Origin: a virus
Taxonomy: Duplodnaviria; Caudoviricetes
IMG/VR virus record: IMGVR_UViG_3300037760_000117
Coordinates: 1 to 49,369 of that record
Length of the DNA: 49,369 nt
Direction: 5' to 3' (one strand)
Below, piece after piece: positions 32,984-42,765 of the stretch (within the stretch, counting starts at the first letter, position 1; every line of letters begins with the position of its first letter). The position numbers were made by a program, and so were the translations under genes. The notes below the pieces were generated by a model, which saw only the letters and a list, made by a program, of their open reading frames with translations, searched no databases and was not told where the DNA came from.

Positions 32984-35704
32984 TCACCCCCCCAGGTTGA
33001 AGCGGCTGATGCGGCGGAAGAACTGGACGAACTCCTCGTCGGCGCCGGTGAACTCGACGGTGAGCCGGCCGCCGGCGTTGGCCTGCCGTGCTCCCATGCC
33101 GGGTGTGCCGCCGGACGGGCCGGAGCCGGCCGGCCAGCGACCGGTGGCGTTGAGCGCCGCGATGGCGGCCTTGTTGCTTTGCGCCACCTCGCGGCGGATG
33201 ACGAACTCGCCGGCGGTCAGGCGGTGGCCAACCACCTGGTCAATTCCGGGCGGCCCGAACACCTCCCCGCCGTGCTGGTGCGCCACGTTGCCGCCGCGGC
33301 CGGGACTGGGCAGGGTTCCGGCCTGGTGGATGTTCACGTTGACACGCACGTTGCGGGGGATTCGGTCGATGTGGTGCTTCAGGTTCCGCGCGTTGCGTTC
33401 CGCGGCGGTCATGCCCGGGGTGGTGATCCGGGTGGACACCTGCGACGGGATCTCGTCGTAGGCGGCGGCGTACCGCTCGATCGCTTCCTCGGAGAAGCCG
33501 GCCTGTCGCATCTGGTCGATGAACTTGCGGCGTAGCCGTTCGGTCTCGTCGGTCAGCTCGTCGGCGGTCGCGCCAGCCTCCGCCATCGCGGAAACCAGGT
33601 CGAAATCGGCCTTGATGAGGTCCCGGACGTTGCCACGGTTCGCCAGCGCCGACTCGCTGTTGCCGTCGAGCGAGGCGCCGTTCTCCTTGGCCTCGTCGGT
33701 GAGCCGGCGCATCGCCTCCGCAGCGGCGTCCTCCGCCTCCTCAACACTGAAGATGGCGTCGAACAGGCCGTCGAGGGCCTTGTCGAGGTCCCCGACCTCC
33801 TCGGTCAGCGTGCTCGCCTCACCCGCGGTCATGTTCAGCGACCCGGCCAGGGACTGCGCCGCTGGGTCGAGCGCGTCCATCGCGTCCGCGGCGCCGCCGA
33901 TCGCGTCGGCCTCCCGCTCCCACGCCGCCTGGTCACCCTGAAGCGCGTCCCGGTTCGTCGCGACGGAGCCACCAAGATCACGCAACGCCCGGTTGAAGTC
34001 GTCAGTGGACATGCCGGCGGTGTCCTGGCCATGGGCCAGGTCGTCGAAGCGGCGTTGCAGCAGCTCCAGCGCACCAGCCTCACCCAGCACCGCGTCAATC
34101 ACCAGGTCCGACGAGATGCCCAGCTGGTTGGCGGCCTCCAGCGCCCCGTCAGCTTCCAGGTTCGCGGCGGCCAGCGCGCGGGTGTTGTCGGTCAGCGCGC
34201 CGGTCTGCTCGTTGAGGGTGGCCCTGAACGACCCGGCCGCGGCCGAGAACTCCTTCTGCTTGCCGGCGAACAGGCCCAGCGCCGCCCCGGCCGCGATGAT
34301 TGCCGCCACCCACGGCCCGAACCGGGCCACCGACGAGACGACGGCGGCCGCCCCGCCGGAGATCCGGTTGGCCACCGCAGCCTGCGTGATGCCCAGCTGC
34401 ACCAGCGACGCCCTGGCCGCAGCCACCCGCGGCACCAGGGTCAGCAGCGCCCCACCAAGCAGCAGCACCGCGGCCGCGAGCGCCGCCGCCGACACCACCG
34501 CCGTCCTCAGCGGCGCGGGGAGGCTGCCGATGATCTGCGCCAGGTTCGACCCGGCCTCAGCGAACCGGCCGATGACCGGTAGCAGGGTGTTGCCCAGGTC
34601 GATGGCGAAGTCGTTGACCTGGTTGCGGGCGATGGCCAGCTGCGCCGCGGTGGTCCCGTAGCGGCGCTCGGCCTCCTCGGTGAGCGCGGTGTTCGCGGCC
34701 CACGCGTCCGAGCCGGTCTCCAGCGACCGGGTTAGGTTGTCGCCGGAGCCGGACAGCCGCCGAAGTGCGTCCGACACCCGGATCTCGGTCAGACCCAACT
34801 GCCCGAGGACGGCGTTGGTGTCCCCGCCGCTGGCCTGGATGCGGCCCAGGCCCTGGACGAACGAGTCGATGGCGCCGGCGGCGTCAGTCTGGTATGCCTG
34901 GCGGAACTCGTCGGCGGACATGCCAGCCGTCTCGGCGAACGTGTCGAGCGCGTCGCCACCCTCGCGTACCGCGCCGTCGATCGTCAGGAACACCCTGGAA
35001 ATGGCGGTACCGCCGGCCTCCGCCTCGATACCCACGTTCGACAGCGCGGCGGCGAACCCCAGCACATCCTGCTCACTCAGACCGATGGACCTGCCCGCAC
35101 CGGCGATCCGCAGCGCCATCGCGGTGATCTCAGACTCGGTCGTAGCACCCTTGTTGCCCAGGTCCACAATCGCCGACGCCAACCGGTCCACATCACCCGG
35201 CGCGGTCTGCATGATGTTCATCAGCCGGGCGATCGACGTGGCGGCCTCATCCGAGGTGAGGTTCGTCGCCTCACCCATGTCGACCATGGTCCGGGTGAAG
35301 GCGGCGACGTTCTCGCGTTGGATACCCAGCTGCCCGGCGGCCTCCGCCACGGCGGCGATCTCCGCGTGGGTGGCGGGCAGCACCGCGGTCAGGCCGCGGA
35401 TCTCCTCCTCCAGCGCGGCCATCTGCTCCGGGCTGCCGTCGACCGTCTTGAGGACGCCCGCCCACGCGGACTCCCACTCGATCGCCGCACGGGCGGACAG
35501 CACCAGCCCGGCTGCGATGGCCGCACCGGCGACGAGCATCCCACGGCCGACCATCTCCATCGCCGCATGCGTTTTCCGCTGCTGTGCTTCCAGCCGGCGC
35601 GCCTCGCGCTCCATGCGACGCATCGCCGCAGTCGTGCGATCCCCGGCCGCCTCGAAGCTCCCGGAGTTGCCGGTGATGCGGTAATTGAGGTCCTTCTCGG
35701 CCAC
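32984..35704 (-). CDS. Tape measure protein
   Basis: 906 aa, Ala-rich helical, WESAWAGVLKTVD...IVDLGNKGATTESEI...GIEAEAGGTAIS core. Confidence 0.93.
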   Translation of the reverse strand: MAEKDLNYRITGNSGSFEAAGDRTTAAMRRMEREARRLEAQQRKTHAAMEMVGRGMLVAGAAIAAGLVLSARAAIEWESAWAGVLKTVDGSPEQMAALEEEIRGLTAVLPATHAEIAAVAEAAGQLGIQRENVAAFTRTMVDMGEATNLTSDEAATSIARLMNIMQTAPGDVDRLASAIVDLGNKGATTESEITAMALRIAGAGRSIGLSEQDVLGFAAALSNVGIEAEAGGTAISRVFLTIDGAVREGGDALDTFAETAGMSADEFRQAYQTDAAGAIDSFVQGLGRIQASGGDTNAVLGQLGLTEIRVSDALRRLSGSGDNLTRSLETGSDAWAANTALTEEAERRYGTTAAQLAIARNQVNDFAIDLGNTLLPVIGRFAEAGSNLAQIIGSLPAPLRTAVVSAAALAAAVLLLGGALLTLVPRVAAARASLVQLGITQAAVANRISGGAAAVVSSVARFGPWVAAIIAAGAALGLFAGKQKEFSAAAGSFRATLNEQTGALTDNTRALAAANLEADGALEAANQLGISSDLVIDAVLGEAGALELLQRRFDDLAHGQDTAGMSTDDFNRALRDLGGSVATNRDALQGDQAAWEREADAIGGAADAMDALDPAAQSLAGSLNMTAGEASTLTEEVGDLDKALDGLFDAIFSVEEAEDAAAEAMRRLTDEAKENGASLDGNSESALANRGNVRDLIKADFDLVSAMAEAGATADELTDETERLRRKFIDQMRQAGFSEEAIERYAAAYDEIPSQVSTRITTPGMTAAERNARNLKHHIDRIPRNVRVNVNIHQAGTLPSPGRGGNVAHQHGGEVFGPPGIDQVVGHRLTAGEFVIRREVAQSNKAAIAALNATGRWPAGSGPSGGTPGMGARQANAGGRLTVEFTGADEEFVQFFRRISRFNLGG

Positions 35705-35707
35705 GAG

Positions 35708-36031
35708 TCACCGCCTCCCGTTGCGCACGAGCCGCACGTAGATGCCCTTGCCGTCACGCTTCTCGTCGACCGTTTCCCGCGCGTACTCCAGCACCTCGCA
35801 ACCCCGGCAGCGGGCCTTCTCCGCCCGGTAGGCGTTCCGATCCCCACCGGCGTCGCCCTCGGCCCACTCCGCCTCCCGGGTCCGGCATGACGGACACTTC
35901 TCGACGCTCCGGGCGAACTCCCACAGCGCCTTGTCCCGGTCGTCCTTCGACCAGCCCAGGAACGTCGAGTGGGGCAGCTGGTAGGCGCGGCACACCATCA
36001 GCTCCAGGGCTAGCTGATGGTCGGCGTCCAT
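35708..36031 (-). CDS. Tail assembly chaperone, second (frameshifted) ORF
   Basis: In the -1 frame relative to 36010-36630, WSKDDRDKAL and CPSC/CRGC motifs. Confidence 0.75.
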   Translation of the reverse strand: MDADHQLALELMVCRAYQLPHSTFLGWSKDDRDKALWEFARSVEKCPSCRTREAEWAEGDAGGDRNAYRAEKARCRGCEVLEYARETVDEKRDGKGIYVRLVRNGRR

Positions 36032-36630
36032 CCTTTTGGGAGCACCAGCGGGTCGGCGACCCGCTCCACCCGGTTGACGTTCAGCGCGGCCATTTTCAAG
36101 CCGACCAGCTCGCCGGTGGAAACGTGCTCGGCAAGGAACGCGGCCCAGTCGTCCGCGCCCATCCCGGCGTCGGTGGCACACTCGGCGAGCAGCGCCGGCC
36201 AGTAGGTGTCGTCGTTGAAGGTCGGCGCGTCGACCTGCTCGCCACGCTTGGTGGCCTGCTCCCGGTCGGCCTTCGCCTTGGCGAGCTGGTCGGCGGTCGG
36301 TGGATGCTCGGCCTCCAGCTTCTCCACCCGGGCCGGCGGCAGCGCGTGCAGCATGATGATCTCGTAGCAGGCGTCCACCGCCGCCTCGGCCGCCGCCACC
36401 TGCTCGGCGGCCTTGTCGCTGGCTGCCGGGTCGTCGCCGATGCGGCCGGGGCGGCTGGACCGCTGCACCCGCGCCAGCTCCGCCCGGGCCTGCTCCACTC
36501 CGGCCGGGTCGATCAGCAGCCGGTACGGCATGGACGGGCGGGGCCGCCCGAGCAGCCGGTCACGCTGAGACTGCCGGGCGGCCGCCGCGGTCCGCTTCTT
36601 CGCTGGCGCCCGTTTGCGGGGCGTGGTCAC
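36010..36630 (-). CDS. Tail assembly chaperone
   Basis: Between the tail tube and tape measure genes, ends at a slippery site. Confidence 0.8.
   Translation of the reverse strand: MTTPRKRAPAKKRTAAAARQSQRDRLLGRPRPSMPYRLLIDPAGVEQARAELARVQRSSRPGRIGDDPAASDKAAEQVAAAEAAVDACYEIIMLHALPPARVEKLEAEHPPTADQLAKAKADREQATKRGEQVDAPTFNDDTYWPALLAECATDAGMGADDWAAFLAEHVSTGELVGLKMAALNVNRVERVADPLVLPKGWTPTIS
36034..36040 (-). other. -1 programmed ribosomal frameshift heptamer C CCA AAA
   Basis: X XXY YYZ in the chaperone frame. A -1 shift gives PKRMDADHQL, the next ORF. Confidence 0.8.
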
Positions 36631-37127
36631 GAGTCGTTTGCCGGGATGGTGATCTCCTCAGCCCAGTCGTTGATGGAGTAGTCCACCATGACCCTGGCAC
36701 CTTCGGTCCCGGCCACGTCCACGGTCGGCGTGAGCGAGCTGACCTCGACGGCGAACGCGCGGCCCTTCTGGCCTTCGACGTCGCCACCGTCGAGGATGAT
36801 GATGAACCCGACGTCGCCGCGGGCCTTGATGTCCCGCACGTCCTCCGTATCGCTGGAGGCGTAGAAGGTGATCTGCGCGTCGCCCGGGTTGACCCGGCCG
36901 GTGATCCGGCCCGTCTTCTTGCTGCCCAGGTCCGGGACCGCTACCCGGTCGGCCGACACCTCCCACCCGGTCATCGCGGCGATCTCGCCAGTCAGGTCCC
37001 AACTGGTCACCGCGTCCAGCTCAAGCCGGGTCGGGGCGGTGATGTCGGCGACGGCCGTCACCCAGTAGGCGACGGTGACCTCTGGGTTGATGTAACGCTC
37101 GGTCGTGTTCAGCGGCGCGGGTGCCAT
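36627..37127 (-). CDS. Major tail tube protein
   Basis: 166 aa, APTRLELDA...DLTGEIAAMTGW...PDLGS...ITGR. Typical position. Confidence 0.85.
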   Translation of the reverse strand: MAPAPLNTTERYINPEVTVAYWVTAVADITAPTRLELDAVTSWDLTGEIAAMTGWEVSADRVAVPDLGSKKTGRITGRVNPGDAQITFYASSDTEDVRDIKARGDVGFIIILDGGDVEGQKGRAFAVEVSSLTPTVDVAGTEGARVMVDYSINDWAEEITIPANDS

Positions 37128-37140
37128 ATTCGTGCCTCTC

Positions 37141-37557
37141 TCATCGGAATCCGTGCCGCCTCGCGGCATCGTCCACTAAGTCCACAAGTGCCCTGCGGAC
37201 CTTGTCCCGGTGCTGCCTCACCGCCGGGTCCAAGAACGGGCGGGTGGCCTGCGACACCCACCGGTCGCGGTTGCCGAACACCGGATGCCGGAACTTCCCC
37301 GACCGGGTGATGCCCTCGTACGGCCGGGCATGCGGCGCCTTCTTCCGGCTCACCTTGATGTCCACACCACGCTTGGCGATGGACATCCGGATAGCGCCGG
37401 GGATGCGCGTCGACCAGGACGCGTTCGCTTTGGCCTGCGCCACCATCGGCTGCGCCGCCTCCCGGATCCGGGGCCGGATCTCCTTGCGCACGTCTTTCGA
37501 CATGGCGCGCAGCTCGGCGGAGGCCTTGGCTACCTGCCGGGCGAAGTCGTCGGCCAT
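37141..37557 (-). CDS. HK97 gp10-like tail completion / neck protein
   Basis: Basic protein, FRHPVFG.R..WV.Q..RPFLDPA. Confidence 0.7.
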   Translation of the reverse strand: MADDFARQVAKASAELRAMSKDVRKEIRPRIREAAQPMVAQAKANASWSTRIPGAIRMSIAKRGVDIKVSRKKAPHARPYEGITRSGKFRHPVFGNRDRWVSQATRPFLDPAVRQHRDKVRRALVDLVDDAARRHGFR

Positions 37558-37604
37558 CCGACACTCACCCCCCGTCCGGCGACGTCGCCGCGTACCGTGC
37601 CGGC

Positions 37605-37844
37605 ATGACCACCCCGCAGAAGCACCTGATTTCGCAGAGCAACCCCTGGCTGACCACGCTGTGGGTCGCTGCCGGCGTCGTCGGCCTGGCCGGCCTGATC
37701 CTCACCAGCACCGCCGACCCCACCGCCCCGGACTACGACCCGGTCGCCGCTGCGTTCGGCCCGCCGCTGCTCACCGCCGCCGGCGCGCTACTGGCGGGCC
37801 TACTGGCGGCCGGCGCGATCTGCTGGCAGCTACGGCGCCGCTAG
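37605..37844 (+). CDS. Small 2-TM membrane protein, antisense to the structural operon
   Basis: Fills the gap between two structural genes. TACCGT -10 box lies 6 nt before the ATG. Shares CTAG with the convergent stop. Confidence 0.65.
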   Translation: MTTPQKHLISQSNPWLTTLWVAAGVVGLAGLILTSTADPTAPDYDPVAAAFGPPLLTAAGALLAGLLAAGAICWQLRRR

Positions 37845-38302
37845 CCCCGGTGCTGCCACGCGACGGTGAACCGCACCTCACACCACCGGCCGTCGCCGGC
37901 CTCACGCGGCTCCGCCGTCTGGCTCATCTGATAGGCGGAGATCCGCGCCGGAAGCCCGGGGACCACCGCACCGCCGAGCCGGCGATCCGACTGCACCAGG
38001 TCCCGGACCGCGTCGTAGATACCGAACGCAGCCGCGCGGGCCGCGGACGCGGCACCCGAGCCGGCGCGGCGGACCGCCACGATGCATGGCAGCTCAACGG
38101 TCTCGGTCTCCTGCCGGGACAGCTCCGCGTACGCCACGATCACACCGGACTCGTCGTCGTCGGGGGTGATGCCGATGGCGACCATGGCGTCGCCGCGCTG
38201 CACCGGCCAGCCGTCGGACACCACCACCGGCGCGGCCGCCTCGGGCAGCGCCCGCACCTGCGTGACGAGGTAGTCCAGCGCGGCCGGGATGGAGCTGCTC
38301 AT
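37841..38302 (-). CDS. Putative tail terminator / head-tail joining protein
   Basis: SSIPAALDYL, AARAAAF.I...V...V.SDRRLGGAV. Position in the neck cluster. Confidence 0.65.
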   Translation of the reverse strand: MSSSIPAALDYLVTQVRALPEAAAPVVVSDGWPVQRGDAMVAIGITPDDDESGVIVAYAELSRQETETVELPCIVAVRRAGSGAASAARAAAFGIYDAVRDLVQSDRRLGGAVVPGLPARISAYQMSQTAEPREAGDGRWCEVRFTVAWQHRG

Positions 38303-39141
38303 AGGACGATCGGTCCCCGCTGGTCGGGCTGCAACCGCTGGGTCACGGTGTTGGGCACGAAGAAGCCCAGCCGCAGCGCACCCTGTAGCGACGCTTCCGC
38401 GCCGGCGGTCACGCCGAAGTCGTCACCCGCCCCGCCGTCGAACGGCGAGTAGTTGCCACCCTGCTGCGGGCGCCAGTTGATGCGGATCAGCTCCAGCGTC
38501 GCGTCGAGCACGTTGGGCGTGGTCTGCACCCGACCGGCGACGTAGGTCACTTCAAGGTTGTGCAGCCCGGCCGGCCACGCCCCGGAGCGGCGGGCTATCA
38601 GCCCCGACGGCGACACGGTGTAGTCGCCGGCGTCGACCGCCACGCCGTCGGCCTCGACCGTCGTCACGGCGAGCACCGGGCGGTGGCTGAGCACGAAGTG
38701 GCGGCTGCCACCCGAGTTGGTCTCCACGATGGTCCGCGGCGCGCACACCCCGACGATGTCCTCCACCACCGCGCTGGCGCTGAGGATGAACCCGCGCAGC
38801 TCCTCGTCGTCGGTGGTGTCCGTCGCCGGGATGTTCAGATGCGCCTTGACCTCGGCCAGCCCCACCAGCGCCTGCCACGACGAGTCGGCCACATTGAACG
38901 CGTCCGCCGTGGCCGTCACCGGTGCGGTGGTGACCAGCCGCCAACGGTGCAACCCGCCGACAGTGGTCGGGAAGTCGACCCGCAGAATCCCGGTCTCCGC
39001 CGGCGGCAGCGGCACCGCGGGGGTGACGGTGGTCAGGTCCGGCAGGGTGATCGTCAGCGTCGCGGTGACCGGGTTGACGAGCGCGCCGTCGTCGTCGCGG
39101 ATGGCCCTGGCCACCTGGTAGATGTCGCCTACGTCGATCAT
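38299..39141 (-). CDS. Head-tail adaptor (gp6-like) with an extra N-terminal beta-rich domain
   Basis: LVGLAEVKAHLNI...DDEELRGFI.SAS.VVE, VTYVAGR, preceded by an ~85-aa extension. Confidence 0.75.
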   Translation of the reverse strand: MIDVGDIYQVARAIRDDDGALVNPVTATLTITLPDLTTVTPAVPLPPAETGILRVDFPTTVGGLHRWRLVTTAPVTATADAFNVADSSWQALVGLAEVKAHLNIPATDTTDDEELRGFILSASAVVEDIVGVCAPRTIVETNSGGSRHFVLSHRPVLAVTTVEADGVAVDAGDYTVSPSGLIARRSGAWPAGLHNLEVTYVAGRVQTTPNVLDATLELIRINWRPQQGGNYSPFDGGAGDDFGVTAGAEASLQGALRLGFFVPNTVTQRLQPDQRGPIVL

Positions 39142-40571
39142 GCGACACCTCCAGCGGTGGGGACCCGCGGCAGGACCGCGGTGGCGGACGGGACCAACGT
39201 GGCGACCAGGGTCGCGGTGGGCCGCTGCGGCGGCGTCAGCGAGACGGTGCCGCCGGTCGACACCTGCCCGAGCTGGCCGGTGGCCGAGCTGGCCGCGGCG
39301 GCCACGCCCGTGAGCGGTCGGGCCGCGGCGAGGACTCCGGTGGCACCCGCGGCGGTGCGGGCCAGGCCGGCCAGGTCGACCACGCTCGGCGCGGTGACGG
39401 TCAGCTCGCCAGCAGCAGCCACAGCGGACCGGGCGGTGCTCGCGAGCGGTCGGACGACCGCGACCGTCCCGGAGCCGGATGCGGCGGCCGGTGCGGTGCC
39501 GACTAGCAGGGTGTCGCCGGACGTGGTCAGGTCGGCGGTCGCTCCGGTGGCCGCCGGGGCGGTTCCGGCCAGCGGCCGGGTGCGCGCCAGGACGCCGGTG
39601 GCCGCGGCGGCCACCTCGGCCAGCCCGGCGAGCGCCCTGGCGGTCGCCAGCACGCCGCCGGCCGCGCTCGCGACGGTAGCGACTCCGGCGTGCCCACGGG
39701 CCACGCTCAGCTGGCCGGTGGCGGCCGTTGCCGTAGTGCCGGTGCCGGCGTAGACGCGGGACCGGGCCAGCGCCCCGGTGGCGGCAGAGGCCTGCTCGCC
39801 AGTCCCGGTCAACGCCCGGGCGGCGGCCAGTGCGCCCGCAGCGGCTCCCGCGGCCGCGCCGGCGGAGTCCAGAGCCCGCGCCCGGGCCAGGGTGCCCGTC
39901 GCGCCGGCGGCCGCCGGGCCGATGCCGTCGAGGTCCACCTCTGCGCCGGCGGCGGCCGGCGCGATCCCCACCGACGCGGTAGTCCACGTGCCACCGTCGC
40001 CGGTCCCCGATGTTGCCGTGCGGGTGCCGGTCGCGCCGCCTGCGGCGAGCGGCTCGTATGCGCTGGCGCCGAACGTGAACCCGGAGTCGGTCTGCCCGCC
40101 GGTCATCCCGCCGGGGAAGCTGTAGCTGTCCCGCTCGTCCTTGATCCATGCGCAGACCAGCAGGCCGTCTTCGGCGCCAGCCACCGACGGCGCCGGCTGG
40201 CTGGATCCGTTGCCGGTCGCCGCGGCCGAACCGGAGATGGGAGTGTCGAGGTCGGCGCCGGTCAAGACGAAGGTGTGGTTGTGGTTGCTGGGTTCACCGT
40301 CACAGTTGGTGGTGACCGTCTGCGCGCCGCCGGAGGTGACTGGCCTCCACCACACCTTGATGTGCGGGTTGTTGGTGCCGTCGTTCCGGCCGATGACCAC
40401 CGGCCCGGTCCACGTGCCCGGGCTGGGCGAGGTCATCTGCGACGCGGCGAAGAAGTCAGTGTGGTGCACCACCAGCAACAGATCGTCGACCGCCGTACCG
40501 GCGCCGGTGACCACCGTGGTCTCCTGCTGGTCGTCCGCGTCCCGCACCACCTCGCGGACCGTGACCGCCAC
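39138..40571 (-). CDS. Putative head/neck fibre with a globular N-terminal domain and ~11 Ala/Thr/Gly-rich 20-aa repeats
   Basis: Repeats such as LTGTGEQASAATGALARSRV and LAGLAEVAAAATGVLARTRP. Confidence 0.65.
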   Translation of the reverse strand: MAVTVREVVRDADDQQETTVVTGAGTAVDDLLLVVHHTDFFAASQMTSPSPGTWTGPVVIGRNDGTNNPHIKVWWRPVTSGGAQTVTTNCDGEPSNHNHTFVLTGADLDTPISGSAAATGNGSSQPAPSVAGAEDGLLVCAWIKDERDSYSFPGGMTGGQTDSGFTFGASAYEPLAAGGATGTRTATSGTGDGGTWTTASVGIAPAAAGAEVDLDGIGPAAAGATGTLARARALDSAGAAAGAAAGALAAARALTGTGEQASAATGALARSRVYAGTGTTATAATGQLSVARGHAGVATVASAAGGVLATARALAGLAEVAAAATGVLARTRPLAGTAPAATGATADLTTSGDTLLVGTAPAAASGSGTVAVVRPLASTARSAVAAAGELTVTAPSVVDLAGLARTAAGATGVLAAARPLTGVAAAASSATGQLGQVSTGGTVSLTPPQRPTATLVATLVPSATAVLPRVPTAGGVA

Positions 40572-40577
40572 GAGAAC

Positions 40578-41012
40578 CTACGCGAAGTCGCCGGGGTCGC
40601 CCAGCTGCAACACCAGGTCACCCGCGCCGAAGCTGGCGGTGTCGTCCTCGAGGACTGGCTTGGCCGTGCCGAGCGCCCCGAACGCGACCACGTTGCCGTC
40701 GGTGGCGGCGTCGTGCAGCGTGAAGTGCGTCAGGTCCGCGCCAGCCACCCAGTCGCCGGTGGCGGTCGGGAACGTGACCGTAGCCGAGTTCGCCTTCGCC
40801 GCCGGCGCGGTGCCGGTGGCCGCGGCCCAGTCGGTCTCGTCGGTCTGCACCCGCGCGTACGCACCACTCGACGGCTCGGTGACGTTCCCGCCAGCTTCCG
40901 TCGGCGTGGTCGAGCTGAGCCCCACCCACAGGTCGTCATACCCCGCCCACGCGTTCGCGGCGAAAATCCCGTCGAGGATGTCCTGCTCTACCGCGTCGGT
41001 GAATCCAGGCAT
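40578..41012 (-). CDS. Virion structural protein, fibre-associated type (144 aa)
   Basis: LWVGL.STTPTEAG..VTEPS.GAYARV, N...VTFPTATGDW, HF.L.DAAT.GN. Confidence 0.7.
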   Translation of the reverse strand: MPGFTDAVEQDILDGIFAANAWAGYDDLWVGLSSTTPTEAGGNVTEPSSGAYARVQTDETDWAAATGTAPAAKANSATVTFPTATGDWVAGADLTHFTLHDAATDGNVVAFGALGTAKPVLEDDTASFGAGDLVLQLGDPGDFA

Positions 41013-41014
41013 CG

Positions 41015-41977
41015 TTATCTCCCTCGGTCCAGGCTGAGCAGAAACTCGGCGTGCAACTTGCCGCCGTGGCCCCGGAACTCCGGCGGGAGCACCTCGGCGG
41101 CGAACTCGACCTCCGCGGGCGAAATCCCCGACCCGGCCGCCGCGTCCACCGTGGCCGCGAACTCGCGACGGTCGTGGACGTGCCAGCCGACCTGGTCCCG
41201 GTACACCCGGGCCTCCAGCGTCACCCCGCCGGCGCGGCCCAGGTTGCGTTCGGCGACCAGCCAGTCCGGCAGCACCACCGGCAAGCCCAGGCACCACGCC
41301 TCGTACATGGTGGAGCCGCCGTCGCCGATCACGACGTCGGCGCCCACGTACTGCGCCAGGGTGGCCTGCTTGCGGGGATGGTGCCGCGGGTGCGGCGCCT
41401 CCATCACCAGATGCCGCACCGGGTCCAGCAGCCCGAGCAGCTCTCCACGGTGCCACCAGGTGGTAGCCGCCGCACCCGGCGCCTCCGGGTTGCCGTCCGG
41501 GTACCGCTCCGAGCCGCCGCCGTGCGTCGGCGCCCACAACACTCGCACCCGGCCGTCGCGTTCCGGCCACGGACTGGCCACCTCGCCACGGTGGATCGGG
41601 TCGAGCTTCGGGTAGCCCAGCTGGTGGACCTTCCCGGCCGGCACACCCGAGTCGAGCACCTCGGCGTACAGCGCCGGGCCCGGCACCACGATGTGCCGGT
41701 ACGACCGGGCCTTCGTCCCCGACCGGTACGTCTTGGAGGCAATCCCATGCGAGATCAGCACCGAGGTCCGCTCGCGGCGGTACGCATCCCTGTTGTACCG
41801 GTCCCGATGGTTCATGTAGACGTTCACCGCGCCGGGCCGGGGCTGCCGGCAGATGATGGCCCGGCCCTCCGGTAGGGCCCCGAAGATCGGCCACAGGTAC
41901 CGGTGGCCCTGCCCGCCGGGGATCAGCCGGTCACGGTCGTGGTCCCAGCTGGTGTCGTTGGCGCACAGGACAATCAC
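41015..41977 (-). CDS. GT-B fold transferase, CDP-glycerol glycerophosphotransferase (TagF/TagB)-like
   Basis: ISHGIASK, GYPKLD, VLWAPTH, APHP, ADVVIGDGGSTMYEA..LGLPVV. Confidence 0.75.
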   Translation of the reverse strand: MIVLCANDTSWDHDRDRLIPGGQGHRYLWPIFGALPEGRAIICRQPRPGAVNVYMNHRDRYNRDAYRRERTSVLISHGIASKTYRSGTKARSYRHIVVPGPALYAEVLDSGVPAGKVHQLGYPKLDPIHRGEVASPWPERDGRVRVLWAPTHGGGSERYPDGNPEAPGAAATTWWHRGELLGLLDPVRHLVMEAPHPRHHPRKQATLAQYVGADVVIGDGGSTMYEAWCLGLPVVLPDWLVAERNLGRAGGVTLEARVYRDQVGWHVHDRREFAATVDAAAGSGISPAEVEFAAEVLPPEFRGHGGKLHAEFLLSLDRGR

Positions 41978-42765
41978 GCGGCGTCCAACGCTGCGCGCAG
42001 GCGGGTGGCGTACACGTCCACCTCGGCCGCCAGCCCACCGACGTCCTCGGCCAGCACCGCGGCGGCAGTGGGCAGATCCGGCTGGACCCTCATCCGCTCC
42101 CACAGCACCCGCTGATGCCGCCTCGCCACCCGACGGGCCTTCGTGCCCTTCCCGTTGACCGGGTTGCGGGTCAGCGACCCCTGCCGCAGCTGCCGGTGGT
42201 ACTGCCAGTCGTCCACCGCCGCCACGCGACCGAACGTCCACGCGGCAGTCGTCTGCACCTGGTCCCAGCCGACCCGCTGCGCCGGGTGCGCGAGCGCCCG
42301 CGCGAACTCCGGCCGCCACAGGCTCGACAGGTGCGCCACCGCCCGCGGCCGACCCGGCCCGGGTGGGCGCAGCGGCCGCCGGACCACGGTGCCGTCCTCG
42401 TGGTGCTGGGTCCAGCCGGACATCACCGCGTCAACGTCCGGGCTGGCCGCATTGACCAGCGCGCGGACGCGCCCCGGCTCCAGCCAGTCATCGGCGTCCA
42501 CCGGCATCCACCACTCGAACCGGTCCGCGGCCATCTGCGCTGCGGCGGCATCGTGGAAGTAGCGGCCCCGGTTGGTGCGCGAGTCGAACCGCACCAACCG
42601 CGGGTCTTGGATGTCGACCAGCTCCGGCCACGGCGGGGTGCGCCGGTCCCGGTCGTTCACCACCAGGCACACCAGGTCCTCGTGGGATTGGGCCAGGATG
42701 CTGTCGACGCACCGGCGGATGGTGTCGGGGGTGCGCCAGTACGGCACCGTCACCAGGACCTTCAC
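41974..42765 (-). CDS. Family 2 (GT-A) glycosyltransferase
   Basis: VTVPYW...IRRCVDSILAQSHEDL...VVND, NRG, DADD motif. Confidence 0.88.
   Translation of the reverse strand: MKVLVTVPYWRTPDTIRRCVDSILAQSHEDLVCLVVNDRDRRTPPWPELVDIQDPRLVRFDSRTNRGRYFHDAAAAQMAADRFEWWMPVDADDWLEPGRVRALVNAASPDVDAVMSGWTQHHEDGTVVRRPLRPPGPGRPRAVAHLSSLWRPEFARALAHPAQRVGWDQVQTTAAWTFGRVAAVDDWQYHRQLRQGSLTRNPVNGKGTKARRVARRHQRVLWERMRVQPDLPTAAAVLAEDVGGLAAEVDVYATRLRAALDAA

Noticed and set aside
38299-40149. Long N-terminal extensions in the ORF track (e.g. the 616-aa, 448-aa, 438-aa and 434-aa calls)
   Set aside because: The extensions overlap upstream genes in another frame. Starts were reassigned to RBS-supported or stop/start-coupled codons.
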